DNA from: a phage
DNA length: 64,000 bases
Sequence record: PZ452598.1
Reading direction: 5' to 3' (one strand)
A program made the translations under genes and the position numbers. A model generated the notes under the pieces. That model saw only the letters and a program-made list of their open reading frames with translations. It made no database searches and had not been told where the DNA came from. Shown here in pieces: positions 8,529-18,941 of the stretch. Each line of letters starts with the position of its first letter. The first letter of the stretch is position 1.

Positions 8529-10059
8529 CTACTGTTATCCATTTACCATTAATCTGTACTTCATCATTTTCATTTACGATAATTGTATCGCCATTTAGCT
8601 CGAAAGTAAACCACTCGCCATCTTCTTTTTCTTCAAACGCTTTTTCACCGAGAACTAGACCAGTGATTGCGCAAATATCAAATAGTTCTTTGTTTTTAAG
8701 CATATCTGCATAAGACATACCCCAACTGTTGAGAACTTTACCACGCAATGGATAACCACCGTGAAGTTCTTTATCACGAACATCAATAAGATATCCGATA
8801 GCCGAATCACCCTCAGTCAAGAAAAGAGTAGTATCAGCATCTTTACCGCAAAGATTCGCTTTGATATGTTTATGAACCTTAGCTTTAGAAGCCTTTTTAG
8901 CTGCTTTAGTTTCTGCTGCTTTTTCTGCCGCCAATTTACGAGCCAAAGCAGCTTCAATAATCGGCATTAGAATTGCTTCATTATTTAGAATAGCACGTGA
9001 AATCTTTTTAGCATCAAGTTGAATATGACTACGAATTTCGCCAAATGGAGAAGTCAAACGCTCTTTAGTTTGAGAATCAAATCGCATGTTTTTCATATCA
9101 CGAACAAACATAACGATAGTCAAACATTCTTTGACACGTGCTTTAGTCACATCAATTTTGAACTTACGTTTGATTTGTGGAATAAGGTCTTCACAAATAT
9201 CATCCATAGCGCAGTCAATGTGATGGCCACCATTCTTAGTATGAATGTTATTGACGTATGTTAATTGACGAAAACCATCCGGTGAACGACCAACCGCAAT
9301 AGAACAATTTTCTTGCTCTTGAACAATAGCATGTTCATCATACTGCCGTGCATATTTCTTAAAATTGCCCTGAACCTTTTTACCATTAAAGGTAAATTGA
9401 ATATCAGGATAAACTACAGCAAGTGTCTGGAGACGATCCAGTGTAATGTCAAGATAAACTTGGGACAGCTCATTAGTTTCAAATGACATAAAATCAGGAA
9501 TGAAAGTAACACGAGTTCCTTTCCATTTTCCAGGAATATCTTCCCATGATTTATTTTCCATGCCATTTGAACAACGAACTACAATATTATTTTGACCGTC
9601 GCCAGTTTCACCGACAAACATCACAGAAAAAATGTTTGTCAAACTAGAACCAACACCGTTCATACCGCCGGTGACGCGTTCTTTATCATCACCAAAGTTA
9701 CCACCTGCTTTTGGAATAGTCCATGCGGCAACAGGACCAGGAATTTCTTCACCGGTAGGTGTTTTAACCATCGCTTGTGGAATACCGCGACCGTTATCTT
9801 CAACTGTTACTTGATTGTTTTTAATAGTAACATTAATTTTATTCGCGAATTTAAACTTAGTACGAATACCTTCATCTACTGAGTTATCGATAATTTCATC
9901 AATAAGCTTAACAAGACCAGGTACATACTGAACACTTTCCCATTTACCAAACATAAAGCGCTCATGCGTTTCATTAGCAGAAGAGCCAATGTACATGCCA
10001 CTACGCTTTTTGATATGTTCAATATCGCTCAGAATTTTAATTTCATTCTTAATCATCAC
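8506..10059 (-). CDS. 39: DNA topoisomerase II large subunit gp39 (GyrB-like ATPase/Toprim)
   Basis: GHKL ATPase motifs (DNGRGIP, GMNGVGSS) and Toprim EGDSA; 516-517 aa as T4 gp39. Confidence 0.95.
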   Translation of the reverse strand: MMIKNEIKILSDIEHIKKRSGMYIGSSANETHERFMFGKWESVQYVPGLVKLIDEIIDNSVDEGIRTKFKFANKINVTIKNNQVTVEDNGRGIPQAMVKTPTGEEIPGPVAAWTIPKAGGNFGDDKERVTGGMNGVGSSLTNIFSVMFVGETGDGQNNIVVRCSNGMENKSWEDIPGKWKGTRVTFIPDFMSFETNELSQVYLDITLDRLQTLAVVYPDIQFTFNGKKVQGNFKKYARQYDEHAIVQEQENCSIAVGRSPDGFRQLTYVNNIHTKNGGHHIDCAMDDICEDLIPQIKRKFKIDVTKARVKECLTIVMFVRDMKNMRFDSQTKERLTSPFGEIRSHIQLDAKKISRAILNNEAILMPIIEAALARKLAAEKAAETKAAKKASKAKVHKHIKANLCGKDADTTLFLTEGDSAIGYLIDVRDKELHGGYPLRGKVLNSWGMSYADMLKNKELFDICAITGLVLGEKAFEEKEDGEWFTFELNGDTIIVNENDEVQINGKWITVGELRKNL

Positions 10060-10125
10060 TTATCCTCGTTTGGTTTCGGGAATATTATACTCCGGTAATC
10101 ATAAAGCTAAAGGCCCGAAGGCCTT

Positions 10126-10386
10126 TTATTTAAAACGAATAGTTGAATCCTTAAAGAACAGCCCAGAACATACTGTTCCTTCTACTTTCTGCCCGGTAGG
10201 TCCAATAGCACGAAATCCAGTATGCTGGAAATCATTTTCAGAGCAACCGAACCAATTATATCCAGTGATTTCAATATTAGTAAAACCACTTGAAGACAAA
10301 ACTTTGGTTGCATTATCAGCATCAGTACATCCTATTAAAGACACTGCTAATACTAATGCTGCAATAGAACGATTAATATATTTCAT
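10126..10386 (-). CDS. putative lipoprotein (86 aa)
   Basis: Signal peptide with lipobox LIGC; ORF track. Confidence 0.6.
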   Translation of the reverse strand: MKYINRSIAALVLAVSLIGCTDADNATKVLSSSGFTNIEITGYNWFGCSENDFQHTGFRAIGPTGQKVEGTVCSGLFFKDSTIRFK

Positions 10387-10388
10387 AA

Positions 10389-10565
10389 TTACCCTTTAAG
10401 CAAGTCGTAAAATCCACCATTCACATGCTTAGGAGCGGAAACTAACCGAACAGCCAGCCGATGACAATCAGGACATACATCAGTATCTCTTTCAGAAATT
10501 TTCTTGATTTTTTCGTATTCTTTTGCACAGTCTTTGGATTGACATTTATAATCATAAAGCGGCAT
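10389..10565 (-). CDS. small zinc-ribbon protein (58 aa)
   Basis: Manual translation MPLYDYKCQSKDCAKEY...CPDCH with CxxxxC...CxxC; below ORF-track threshold. Confidence 0.45.
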   Translation of the reverse strand: MPLYDYKCQSKDCAKEYEKIKKISERDTDVCPDCHRLAVRLVSAPKHVNGGFYDLLKG

Positions 10566-10567
10566 AA

Positions 10568-10993
10568 TTATTCCTTAAAGTAAGCTTTCAACATCTGATA
10601 TAAAGACCACGCCTGATCATTATTTTCAATAGTAACTTTCATGACTGGGAATTCTGTGAAATCTTCTATTTGTTCTTGCTCTTTCTCTTCCTGCTCTTGC
10701 TCTTCAACCGCCTGATATGGATTTTCCACTTCATCAAAGAACCCAGCTTCGTTAGTAGAGAGCCAGATAAAGTTTTCGTCAAGGATATCACCGCCGGCAC
10801 AACGTTTGAGTACACCTATGGATGTCATAATTTTAGTAGGACGCCCAAGATAATCAGCATCTAAAATTTTAAAAGGCTCCATACCTAAACGTCGTGCATA
10901 GATTCCGTTATCAGTATGGTCTTTAATAAAATTTTCTTGAGCTTGTTTATTTTTAAATTGATACCATTTATTAACTTCAAATTTAATAGCCAT
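10568..10993 (-). CDS. acidic hypothetical protein (141 aa), goF/comC-alpha position
   Basis: ORF track; size and order relative to 39 and motB fit T4 goF, unverified. Confidence 0.55.
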
Positions 10994-11208
10994 TAATAAA
11001 TTTCCTTCCAGTAAGTTGTGCCGTCTTCAGTAATTTCACGAAATACACCATAAATTGGCTGTTTATCACCGACTTTCTCATACACATAAACAGAAGTCAA
11101 GTGAGTAAACTTGCTAGTATGTTCCTTTTGAACTACTACCAAATTTGGATCAAATAATACATCTTCAAATTCATCATTAGTGCAATTCTGAACAATTTTA
11201 CGTTTCAT
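10993..11208 (-). CDS. hypothetical protein (71 aa), cef position
   Basis: ORF track; size and order fit T4 cef, unverified. Confidence 0.5.
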
Positions 11209-11378
11209 TACAATTTCCTCATTAATTGAACAGTGGAGCGATACGTTTCAGAAGAGTATCAACACCTTTAGCGAATTTTCCATTTTATTCTCCAAGTTGT
11301 TTTCTGTATCAGTAGTTGATATTGATATAGTACCATAATCAACTACTGATGTATATAGTTTTATGAAAAATTTAAACT

Positions 11379-11867
11379 TTATGCATAGAGAGCATTGCTA
11401 TAGTGTTTAATCCAACTTTCAGGAATGACTTTGTATGTTCCTAAAAATACCACGTTGTACAACTTAACACCATCTTCTACCCATTGATCGGTAATGTATC
11501 CACACATAGCGCGAGTATAAACAACCCTTCCATCATCTTTAATAAAGTTAAATTCACAAGGAGCAATGAACTTGATAGCCTGACCGAGTTTCCACTTAAA
11601 GTCTACACCTACATGCGAAGTATCAATCGTTTCAATTCCTTTAGCAGGAACAGCTTTTAAAAACGCAGACTCAAGAAATTTCGCACGAACATAGCCAAAC
11701 TGGGGTTTAGACTTTCCATCTTTAGGAATGATACGCACTTTTACTTCAGAATCTTCATCTTTAACACCATGCTTAAGCTGAATGCTTACAACTTCGACCA
11801 ATTTTCCTGCTGCTTTAGAACGGGATTTATCAGATACACGAGCTAATTCACCAATATTAATAATCAT
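11379..11867 (-). CDS. motB: MotB-like protein (162 aa)
   Basis: 162-aa ORF at T4 motB position; C-terminal domain shared with the next ORF. Confidence 0.6.
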   Translation of the reverse strand: MIINIGELARVSDKSRSKAAGKLVEVVSIQLKHGVKDEDSEVKVRIIPKDGKSKPQFGYVRAKFLESAFLKAVPAKGIETIDTSHVGVDFKWKLGQAIKFIAPCEFNFIKDDGRVVYTRAMCGYITDQWVEDGVKLYNVVFLGTYKVIPESWIKHYSNALYA

Positions 11868-11943
11868 AGTTATCTCTCACTTGTTAAAAAGATTTTATAC
11901 TCCACGGGACCATTATACTCTGGTCCCAAGAGTTTGTAAACTA

Positions 11944-12375
11944 TTAATTCAAAATAGCTACCACTGCACTACGAGGAACTACGGAGTACTCTCCAGCATG
12001 AACTACGTTCAGAAGTTCAACGCCATCTTCAATCCATTGGTCAGTTACCCAACCACCAATCGGATTCGCAAATGGACGACGAATGTAAACTGCCTTACAC
12101 AACAAATCAGTCGGGTCTTCAGGTTTTTCAATTTCTGTCAATAGATTAAAATCTTCTTCATAGATGATGAATGATGATACCCTTCCATAATAGTTTCTAA
12201 TTTCCATGTACACTGTACCAATGAGAATTCCACTATTAACACTAATGACAGTAAAAGGATATCCGCCAGTTGTACCAAGAAGTTCCCAAAATTTGCTATC
12301 AGTCGTATTCGACATTGTCTGAAAATCAATTTCAGATGGTTTTTTCATTTGATACGCAGTATTAATTTTAATCAT
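11944..12375 (-). CDS. hypothetical protein (143 aa) with MotB-like C-terminal domain
   Basis: C-terminus GGWVTDQWIEDGVELLNVV parallels MotB ITDQWVEDGVKLYNVV. Confidence 0.6.
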   Translation of the reverse strand: MIKINTAYQMKKPSEIDFQTMSNTTDSKFWELLGTTGGYPFTVISVNSGILIGTVYMEIRNYYGRVSSFIIYEEDFNLLTEIEKPEDPTDLLCKAVYIRRPFANPIGGWVTDQWIEDGVELLNVVHAGEYSVVPRSAVVAILN

Positions 12376-12385
12376 AATTTTCTCT

Positions 12386-12886
12386 TTAGTTTAAGGTAAT
12401 AAAGCCTTTTAGTTCGGCATAGGATTTACGGAACATTACTTGATGCCCGCCAATGATAACTTGGTCATCTGGTACTTCGTATACAGCAAGATAAAATCCT
12501 TTCGAAGCTAATTCTTCACGCTCTTCTCGTGTGAACCATTTCATCATATCATATTCGCTAGCAAAAGCAAAATGATAAAGAGCTACAAACCATCCGGGAA
12601 TATGATATTCTACTCCAACATAATCTTTCTTGAACTTAGTATTAATTACGATATTAGCATTTTTAACTAATAGTTTGTCTTCGTGCGGCACAGGAATTCT
12701 TTTATTATCATTACTATGATGCATAAAATTAGGTCTGTCATAACCTACATGTAATAACCACTCTTCACTCCATGAATCTATTATACTTCTATACGGCGTT
12801 ATTTGAACACAAAGATCTCGGCGTATTGTTATAGCGTCTTCATAATTAAGAATACTAAACGATGATTCAACACGATAAATTTTCAT
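12386..12886 (-). CDS. hypothetical protein (about 166 aa from Met at 12884-12886)
   Basis: ORF track 12386..12925; start moved to Met downstream of promoter with GAGGA SD. Confidence 0.55.
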   Translation of the reverse strand: MKIYRVESSFSILNYEDAITIRRDLCVQITPYRSIIDSWSEEWLLHVGYDRPNFMHHSNDNKRIPVPHEDKLLVKNANIVINTKFKKDYVGVEYHIPGWFVALYHFAFASEYDMMKWFTREEREELASKGFYLAVYEVPDDQVIIGGHQVMFRKSYAELKGFITLN

Positions 12887-12907
12887 TTTATTATCCTCAG
12901 TAGCTAT

Positions 12908-12945
12908 GGTGTTATAGTACCACAACTAACCGAGGAAGTAAACAA
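12908..12945 (-). promoter_or_regulatory. early promoter (-35 GTTTAC 12938-12943)
   Basis: GTTTAC, 17 nt, GGTACTATAA on minus strand. Confidence 0.5.
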
Positions 12946-12949
12946 CTTT

Positions 12950-13633
12950 TTATCGTTTTGTTGGAAGAGATAGAGGATCGCATTCTTCCTCTGATGGAGC
13001 ATCTTCAAGACCCATAGCATATCGCAAAGCATACTTCATCATCAGGATGTCTTTCGCACAGTCATGAATAGAATCATGTGCAACGAATCCATCTAAAGTT
13101 CCCTTTGGAAGAGGACACGTTGTCATATCACGAACAAGCAGAAGTGCTTCAATTCTAGTACGAATATCACGCTGATTCCAAAATTTACAAGGTTCTAACT
13201 TAAATGTATCAAGCTCATTCTCGGAAACGCCGTTAAGACGTTGAATATCGCGAATAAGATCGACTAAAATTGGAAAATCAAACGACATTCCACGGCACCA
13301 GCCTTGAGATTTCCAAGGATCGATATTATGTGCATTGATGTAATCATTAAATTTTGCAATACCGTCGATAGTGCTTACATCTTCATCGGATGGTGCAATA
13401 TTTTTTCGAGCTTCAGGAGATTGATTCTTCCACCATTCGATAGTACTTTTAGTAAAAAGACGGTGTCCTTTTTGGCTTTTTAAATCAAATTTGATTTTAA
13501 TGCCACGTGAAACTAATTCATCGAATGTTTCAACTACTTCTGGATTAGGGTCAAAAGCAATTACAGCCAAATCAATAACCGCTGCTTTTTCACCACTTCC
13601 CATTGTTTCAAAATCTATAATAAAATCAAACAT
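12950..13633 (-). CDS. dexA: exonuclease A, DnaQ-like 3-5 exonuclease (227 aa)
   Basis: Exo motif IIDFETMG near N-terminus; 227 aa as T4 DexA. Confidence 0.8.
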   Translation of the reverse strand: MFDFIIDFETMGSGEKAAVIDLAVIAFDPNPEVVETFDELVSRGIKIKFDLKSQKGHRLFTKSTIEWWKNQSPEARKNIAPSDEDVSTIDGIAKFNDYINAHNIDPWKSQGWCRGMSFDFPILVDLIRDIQRLNGVSENELDTFKLEPCKFWNQRDIRTRIEALLLVRDMTTCPLPKGTLDGFVAHDSIHDCAKDILMMKYALRYAMGLEDAPSEEECDPLSLPTKR

Positions 13634-13890
13634 TAAATTTTCCTCGCTAAATCACGAATTTGACCTACAGTATAGTCTTGAATATAAACTTTATTAATAG
13701 GCTCATCAATAAATTTTGCCATAGATTCAATATCTTTTTGTATTTCTTCAAGACTGTATACTATCTTTGAAGCTTTTTCGCGAATAGTGATATTTTCAGG
13801 ACCCGGATTTTCTTGAATGACAACTTTAACATTTGTCATAAGAGATTTAAACTGGTACCAACTTAATTCAATCATTAATAATCGCCTCAT
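13633..13890 (-). CDS. hypothetical protein (85 aa), tandem paralog A
   Basis: ORF track; similar length and pattern to adjacent 86-aa ORF. Confidence 0.5.
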   Translation of the reverse strand: MRRLLMIELSWYQFKSLMTNVKVVIQENPGPENITIREKASKIVYSLEEIQKDIESMAKFIDEPINKVYIQDYTVGQIRDLARKI

Positions 13891-14128
13891 AAAGATAGCT
13901 AATTTCGCCTAAAACATAATCATTGATTGTAACAGTTTTAACTTCACCGCAAAAGAATTCTAACGCAATTAAATCTCGTTCAATTTCTTCTAATTGAAGC
14001 ATCAACTTACTAGATTCAATTTTTACAGTTTCACGATTTTTGCTATAAGCTATTTCATAAATTTCGCTTACTTTATCTTGAAGAAGATAAAACTGATCTT
14101 TAGTTATTTCCACGAATAGCTTCCTCAA
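13868..14128 (-). CDS. hypothetical protein (86 aa), tandem paralog B
   Basis: ORF track; LEEIERDL segment parallels LEEIQKDI of neighbour. Confidence 0.5.
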   Translation of the reverse strand: MRKLFVEITKDQFYLLQDKVSEIYEIAYSKNRETVKIESSKLMLQLEEIERDLIALEFFCGEVKTVTINDYVLGEISYLYEAIIND

Positions 14129-14134
14129 ATTTAA

Positions 14135-15454
14135 TCATACATAAAACACATCATAACGACCACGGGTGACACCAACATAAAGAAGTTGTTGAGCTAATTC
14201 AGCATCTGCATAATGAATACAAGGCGTATAAATGAAAGCACGGTCTACAGACATACCCTGCGCTTTATGGAATGTTGATGCAGGAAGTGCTTTCACTTTA
14301 CTAAACTGTGATTTAGCATCCCAAAAATCACTCCACGGAGCTTTTCCGCCTTTGTTCCAATTTTTATAAGTTTCTGCTGTTTTACCTAAAAATAGGTTAA
14401 ACTTATACAATTCTTCGTCAGATGAAATTATTTTAATCTTTTCACGATAATATTCATCATCGCCATAAGTTTCTACTGTTAAATCCCAATGACGAATTAG
14501 ATATTCTCCAGGAACACCACGGGCTTTAACAAACGTTGATGTATACTCTGCTTCTATAATACGAACTAATTGTCCGTTATTAAAAATAATTTCTGACACA
14601 GGCTTTCCATCAATTTTATATGTTTTAATTAATGGTTCCTGCATTACAATAATTTCACCGACAATAAAATCTTTATCAGTTTCAAAAATCTTTTTACGAA
14701 TAATGCTATTTAACTTGTCAACAGATTTATTCGTAAATGCCATTACGCGATTTTCAAACAAATCATCTAGTGATTTGACGATTGAAAAATAATTTACCAT
14801 AAAATCGCGTAAAGCGGTATCACCAGTAAATCCACGTACTCCATGCCCGTCAACAACTTTATCATAAATCCACTTACCGTTGCGAACGTCAGTAGCTACA
14901 TCAATAATAGGAGCATTACTGCGTTTAACTTCAGTGAGTTCACACTGATAAAAATCTTTATGTGTAAAGAATGGACTGATATAAGCAGTATTTTCTCCTG
15001 GGTCAACAGGTCTGATTTGCTTATTATCCCCTATTCCAATTATAGTACACCAAGGTGGAATAGTTGAAAGCAGAATTTTAAATAGCTTTCTATCATACAT
15101 TGACACTTCGTCGCAGATTAATACTCTGCATTTGGCTAAATCAGGTACTTCTTTTTGTTCAAAAAGAACATTTTCTTCATATGTTACTGGGTTAATTTTA
15201 AGAATACTATGAATAGTACTCGCTTCTTTCCCTGATAGTTTTGAAAGAATCTTTTTAGCTGCATGTGTAGGAGCTGCTAAAATAATACCAGTTTCACCCG
15301 TAGATATTAAAGCTTCAATGATGAACTTAGTAAGAGTAGTCTTACCGGTACCAGCAGGTCCATTAATAGTTACATGATGTTTCTTTTCTTTAATAGCCTT
15401 CATAACAATGTTAAAGGCATTTTTCTGGCCTTCGGTCAAATCATCAAATGTCAT
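14135..15454 (-). CDS. dda: Dda DNA helicase (SF1, 439 aa)
   Basis: Walker A GPAGTGKTT; 439 aa as T4 Dda. Confidence 0.9.
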   Translation of the reverse strand: MTFDDLTEGQKNAFNIVMKAIKEKKHHVTINGPAGTGKTTLTKFIIEALISTGETGIILAAPTHAAKKILSKLSGKEASTIHSILKINPVTYEENVLFEQKEVPDLAKCRVLICDEVSMYDRKLFKILLSTIPPWCTIIGIGDNKQIRPVDPGENTAYISPFFTHKDFYQCELTEVKRSNAPIIDVATDVRNGKWIYDKVVDGHGVRGFTGDTALRDFMVNYFSIVKSLDDLFENRVMAFTNKSVDKLNSIIRKKIFETDKDFIVGEIIVMQEPLIKTYKIDGKPVSEIIFNNGQLVRIIEAEYTSTFVKARGVPGEYLIRHWDLTVETYGDDEYYREKIKIISSDEELYKFNLFLGKTAETYKNWNKGGKAPWSDFWDAKSQFSKVKALPASTFHKAQGMSVDRAFIYTPCIHYADAELAQQLLYVGVTRGRYDVFYV

Positions 15455-15762
15455 CGTAAATTCCCTGCAATTGGTATACTAACAATACGCCCAGTATCTA
15501 AAATTCGCTGATATAATCTTTGCGTGTCTACGTCAGGCTTAACATGTTTAACTTCTATTTTATTAAACCAAAATTTACGTGGAGTCTCAACTAATCTTGG
15601 AATTCCCTTACCTAAAGCTAATCGATACTGCTCTTTAAGAGTGGTAAATACTTTATCAGCAATCTTCCATTCAAAAAATACAGCAGGACGATGTTCATCA
15701 AGCGGAACTGGCGCTGTAAATCCGTCTTTGTCTCGGTAAACTATCGCATATACATAAACCAT
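15451..15762 (-). CDS. hypothetical protein (103 aa)
   Basis: ORF track; overlaps dda start by 4 nt. Confidence 0.55.
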   Translation of the reverse strand: MVYVYAIVYRDKDGFTAPVPLDEHRPAVFFEWKIADKVFTTLKEQYRLALGKGIPRLVETPRKFWFNKIEVKHVKPDVDTQRLYQRILDTGRIVSIPIAGNLR

Positions 15763-15763
15763 A

Positions 15764-16510
15764 TTATCCTCGGATAAGTTTAAAAATTGAACAATTTAGC
15801 GGATATCCTCTTTTCAGTTTAAGTTTATCAATAAAAGACAAATTTTGATACCGCTCTACACCTTGAATAATTTTATCACACATATCATATTGCATTTCTG
15901 CTTCTGACAACTTTTTCACAATTTTCCAATCCGAGCCTTTAAGAAGAACGTTCAATTTAACAACTTCAGCGCCTTCTGCTATGCGAGAACCATCAATACG
16001 TGCTTTAAGTGCTATAATTCTCAGCTTAATGTCAGAGGTCTGTTTTGATTTAGAAAGCTGAGAAATGTGTTCAATTCGATTTTCACGTTTTTTCTGTATA
16101 GCTTTAATTTGATTATAAGTCTTTTTGATTTTAGCCCATTTCTTTTCATCTAAATTTAGTTTATGAACTTTTTTCGCAGATGAACGACCAATTCGCAAAG
16201 CAAATAAATCACGCTTTTCAATCAACTCTTCTAAAGTATAATCAGAACGAAATGTATTATACTTTTTCTTTACTGCAATAACATTCCCTTTAATGTATCC
16301 AACGTTATTATCAAAACGTTCTAATGATAATTTCTCTCCTTCAATACGATTATCAAAAGGTTCTCCCGAGTAAGCACAAACTTTTTGATCTAAAATGTTC
16401 TTAATGTAATTGAAGTCTAAGTTAAAATCTTTAGAACGTCTTTTTGCAGATGCCTGAGTATGCTCTAAACGACGTTTAATTTTACGAATTTGGTTATTAG
16501 ACAGCTTCAT
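15764..16510 (-). CDS. Srd-position protein (248 aa) with HNH-like motif
   Basis: ORF track; segment CAYSGEPF...ERFDNNVGYIKGNVIAV resembles HNH_3 nuclease fold; position as T4 srd. Confidence 0.5.
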   Translation of the reverse strand: MKLSNNQIRKIKRRLEHTQASAKRRSKDFNLDFNYIKNILDQKVCAYSGEPFDNRIEGEKLSLERFDNNVGYIKGNVIAVKKKYNTFRSDYTLEELIEKRDLFALRIGRSSAKKVHKLNLDEKKWAKIKKTYNQIKAIQKKRENRIEHISQLSKSKQTSDIKLRIIALKARIDGSRIAEGAEVVKLNVLLKGSDWKIVKKLSEAEMQYDMCDKIIQGVERYQNLSFIDKLKLKRGYPLNCSIFKLIRG

Positions 16511-16544
16511 ATTTTTCTCACATCTTACGGACGGTTAACTACTT

Positions 16545-16580
16545 ATACTATAACATTTTTACTTTAACTTGTAAACAACT
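16545..16580 (-). promoter_or_regulatory. early promoter (-35 GTTTAC 16572-16577)
   Basis: GTTTAC, 17 nt, TATAGTAT on minus strand upstream of 15764..16510. Confidence 0.45.
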
Positions 16581-16632
16581 TTATGAAAAATGCTTTAAAA
16601 CTTTCATGGTATAATGAATCTAAGTCCTTCCA

Positions 16633-17235
16633 TTATAGATTAAATCCTTCAAAATCAAGAGTATAGATAGTGTATGTTGAACACTTTTTATACTCATATC
16701 TATCTGCAATTCTAAATACACTTCCAGCTGGTATCATTACTTCTTGTTCATCTGAAACTAATTCCATATTACGATAACGATGACTATCCGGAAACTTAAA
16801 GTTTGGATTGTATTCTTTACAGCGTAGAGCTTTTATAGCATACTCCTGGAAATTGAATACCATAGGAGCTTTGAATTCAAAAATAACTTGTGTGTTATAC
16901 TCTAAACCAGAAGCAAAATGTAGAGCTATATTTTTATCATATGAAGCTGATACGACTTTATCAAATGTAATAATATCAATTCCTTGATTTAATACTTGTT
17001 TAGTCTCAGCTGGAACACCTCTCCAAAGAGGTTTATCGTTTGGAACCAAACGAGATTTGATTATTTCATTTAACCAAGAATGGTCATCTGGTTTATTAGT
17101 AATACAATGAATTAAAAGTTCAATTTCAGATAAATTAAACCCTTCAGAAAGTAATTCTTCACGAATAGAAGCACGCACCGATGCATCCATTGATTTTATT
17201 TTAAAATCTTTTAGTTGCATTACTGAGTATTTCAT
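16633..17235 (-). CDS. modA: ADP-ribosyltransferase ModA (200 aa)
   Basis: R / S-x-S / Q-x-E type ART motifs (LWRGV, VVSASYD, EQEVMIP); 200 aa. Confidence 0.75.
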   Translation of the reverse strand: MKYSVMQLKDFKIKSMDASVRASIREELLSEGFNLSEIELLIHCITNKPDDHSWLNEIIKSRLVPNDKPLWRGVPAETKQVLNQGIDIITFDKVVSASYDKNIALHFASGLEYNTQVIFEFKAPMVFNFQEYAIKALRCKEYNPNFKFPDSHRYRNMELVSDEQEVMIPAGSVFRIADRYEYKKCSTYTIYTLDFEGFNL

Positions 17236-17855
17236 TCAACTACCTCAATATCATAAACTTTAAATGTTCCAAATGAATCGTGTAATTTTTCTTTTGAAAT
17301 AGAAGTTATTTTATACTTTCCAATTGGAATCATCCATTCTTGTTCACGCACAATCATCATTAAGTTATCAGTACGCTCTGAATCTAATCCATCAGTATCT
17401 TCATACGTGTACTTAAACTCAGTATTAGGAGAAGAAAGTATAATATCGCTGATATGGTCAGAATAATTAAAAGCTTTATCAGTTTTTAAACGAAGTATTG
17501 TTTCAGTGAAATATTCAGCATAAGAAAAAGAACACGCTGTATGCAAACTAGTAGTAAATGAATCTACCCTGTTCGTTGAAAACACTTCTCCAACTTGTAA
17601 ATCTTTAATGAGTTCTTTTGTCGATTTTGATATACCACGATATAATTGATAAGGCGATTTAGTTAAATGCTTTTTAATGATTTCATTTAAATGCTTATGA
17701 AGAGCTTCATTCTTTTTGGCTTCCATACATTGCCAAAGAACAGACTGCTCAAAGTCAGTAAATTTTTCACAGACCTTTTTATACATATCATATTGAAAAT
17801 CAACGCTTTCAGCTTTTATAGATAACTGTTCAACATCTGCAAGATTAATAATCAT
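17232..17855 (-). CDS. modB: ADP-ribosyltransferase ModB (207 aa)
   Basis: ART motifs (YRGIS, FSTN, EQEWMIP); 207 aa, tandem with ModA. Confidence 0.75.
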   Translation of the reverse strand: MIINLADVEQLSIKAESVDFQYDMYKKVCEKFTDFEQSVLWQCMEAKKNEALHKHLNEIIKKHLTKSPYQLYRGISKSTKELIKDLQVGEVFSTNRVDSFTTSLHTACSFSYAEYFTETILRLKTDKAFNYSDHISDIILSSPNTEFKYTYEDTDGLDSERTDNLMMIVREQEWMIPIGKYKITSISKEKLHDSFGTFKVYDIEVVE

Positions 17856-17877
17856 GATAGCCTCCGTATACTTCAGA

Positions 17878-17913
17878 AGCTATCATATCATCGTTAGAAA
17901 GGAAAGTAAACAA
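17878..17913 (-). promoter_or_regulatory. early promoter (-35 GTTTAC 17906-17911)
   Basis: GTTTAC plus -10-like element upstream of modB. Confidence 0.45.
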
Positions 17914-17922
17914 CTTTTTGAA

Positions 17923-18105
17923 TTATTTTGCCCAGGGAGCCCAAGGCGGAGGGTCAAGATGGTATGAAGCTAGTTCTTCTAGAAGAGCATCTGGGGCTTC
18001 AATTCCATAATTCTGTAATACTATACGGTACTCTTTCTTATAATCACTAGAATCATTCTGGTTATTCGTAGAATGATTATCTTCTAACATCTCAAATAAA
18101 TCCAT
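17923..18105 (-). CDS. hypothetical protein (60 aa)
   Basis: ORF track. Confidence 0.45.
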   Translation of the reverse strand: MDLFEMLEDNHSTNNQNDSSDYKKEYRIVLQNYGIEAPDALLEELASYHLDPPPWAPWAK

Positions 18106-18113
18106 ATTAATTC

Positions 18114-18584
18114 CTAGCGATAAAAACCAAATTTACGATTAGTTTCAATGATCTTTCTTTCTTCTTCGGACATTCTCCAGCGTAGTCCAACATCAAAATG
18201 AGCCCAGACCATCCTAACAAATGCATTTATATCTTTAATATCTTCAATAATGAATGTTTTACTTTTAGAAGGTTGACTCGCTAATTTAACTTTATCGTCT
18301 TCAAACATGTCAAAAAGACCATATTCATGAGCTCTTTTATAGCCTTTAATAGTTAAAGCTTCAGAAGAAGAAAATGGTGAATCTGTATTCTGCAAAATAT
18401 CTTCAGTATGCTTTATAATTAGAATAATATTTTCTGGATATTTTCTTTCTTTTATATCTTTAATTAAAAAATCCGGATTTTCTGCTAAAGGAATAATTAA
18501 TGAGCAATTTTTATCAAGTGTATTTACTGATTTACCTTCTTTAGACATAAATTCTATTGAATATAATTTTGCTACTTCAATCAT
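18114..18584 (-). CDS. hypothetical protein (156 aa)
   Basis: ORF track. Confidence 0.55.
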
Positions 18585-18737
18585 GTGATTTCCTTTTGCC
18601 TACTAATGGACCGTCAGGAATTTTATTTTCCTGGATATATTTCTCATTTTCTTCCATCATTTTACTGCCAATTTTAAGAAGCAAATCCATTGCTTCATTT
18701 GCTTTTGCTTTAGCTTCTTCTAACGTCATATCTTTGT

Positions 18738-18941
18738 TCATGATTTATCACCATAGATGTCTCTCATCAATTTAAGCGCTGAGCGTTCTAGTTTCTTTTC
18801 TTTCTCAGCACTAATCATTGATTTCATCCATTCTTCTGATTCATTCTGCATTTCTTTATTTGCTTGTTCAACCCAACCGTCATCAATATACATTGAGTTT
18901 GGTCTATTGAACCATTCAAGCATCTTCTTCAGAACTTTCAT
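18738..18941 (-). CDS. hypothetical protein (67 aa)
   Basis: ORF track. Confidence 0.5.

Noticed and set aside
16585-16620. Plus-strand MotA-box-like TGCTTTA with TATAAT
   Set aside because: Orientation points into the antisense of srd with no plus-strand ORF to serve; probably a chance match in AT-rich sequence.
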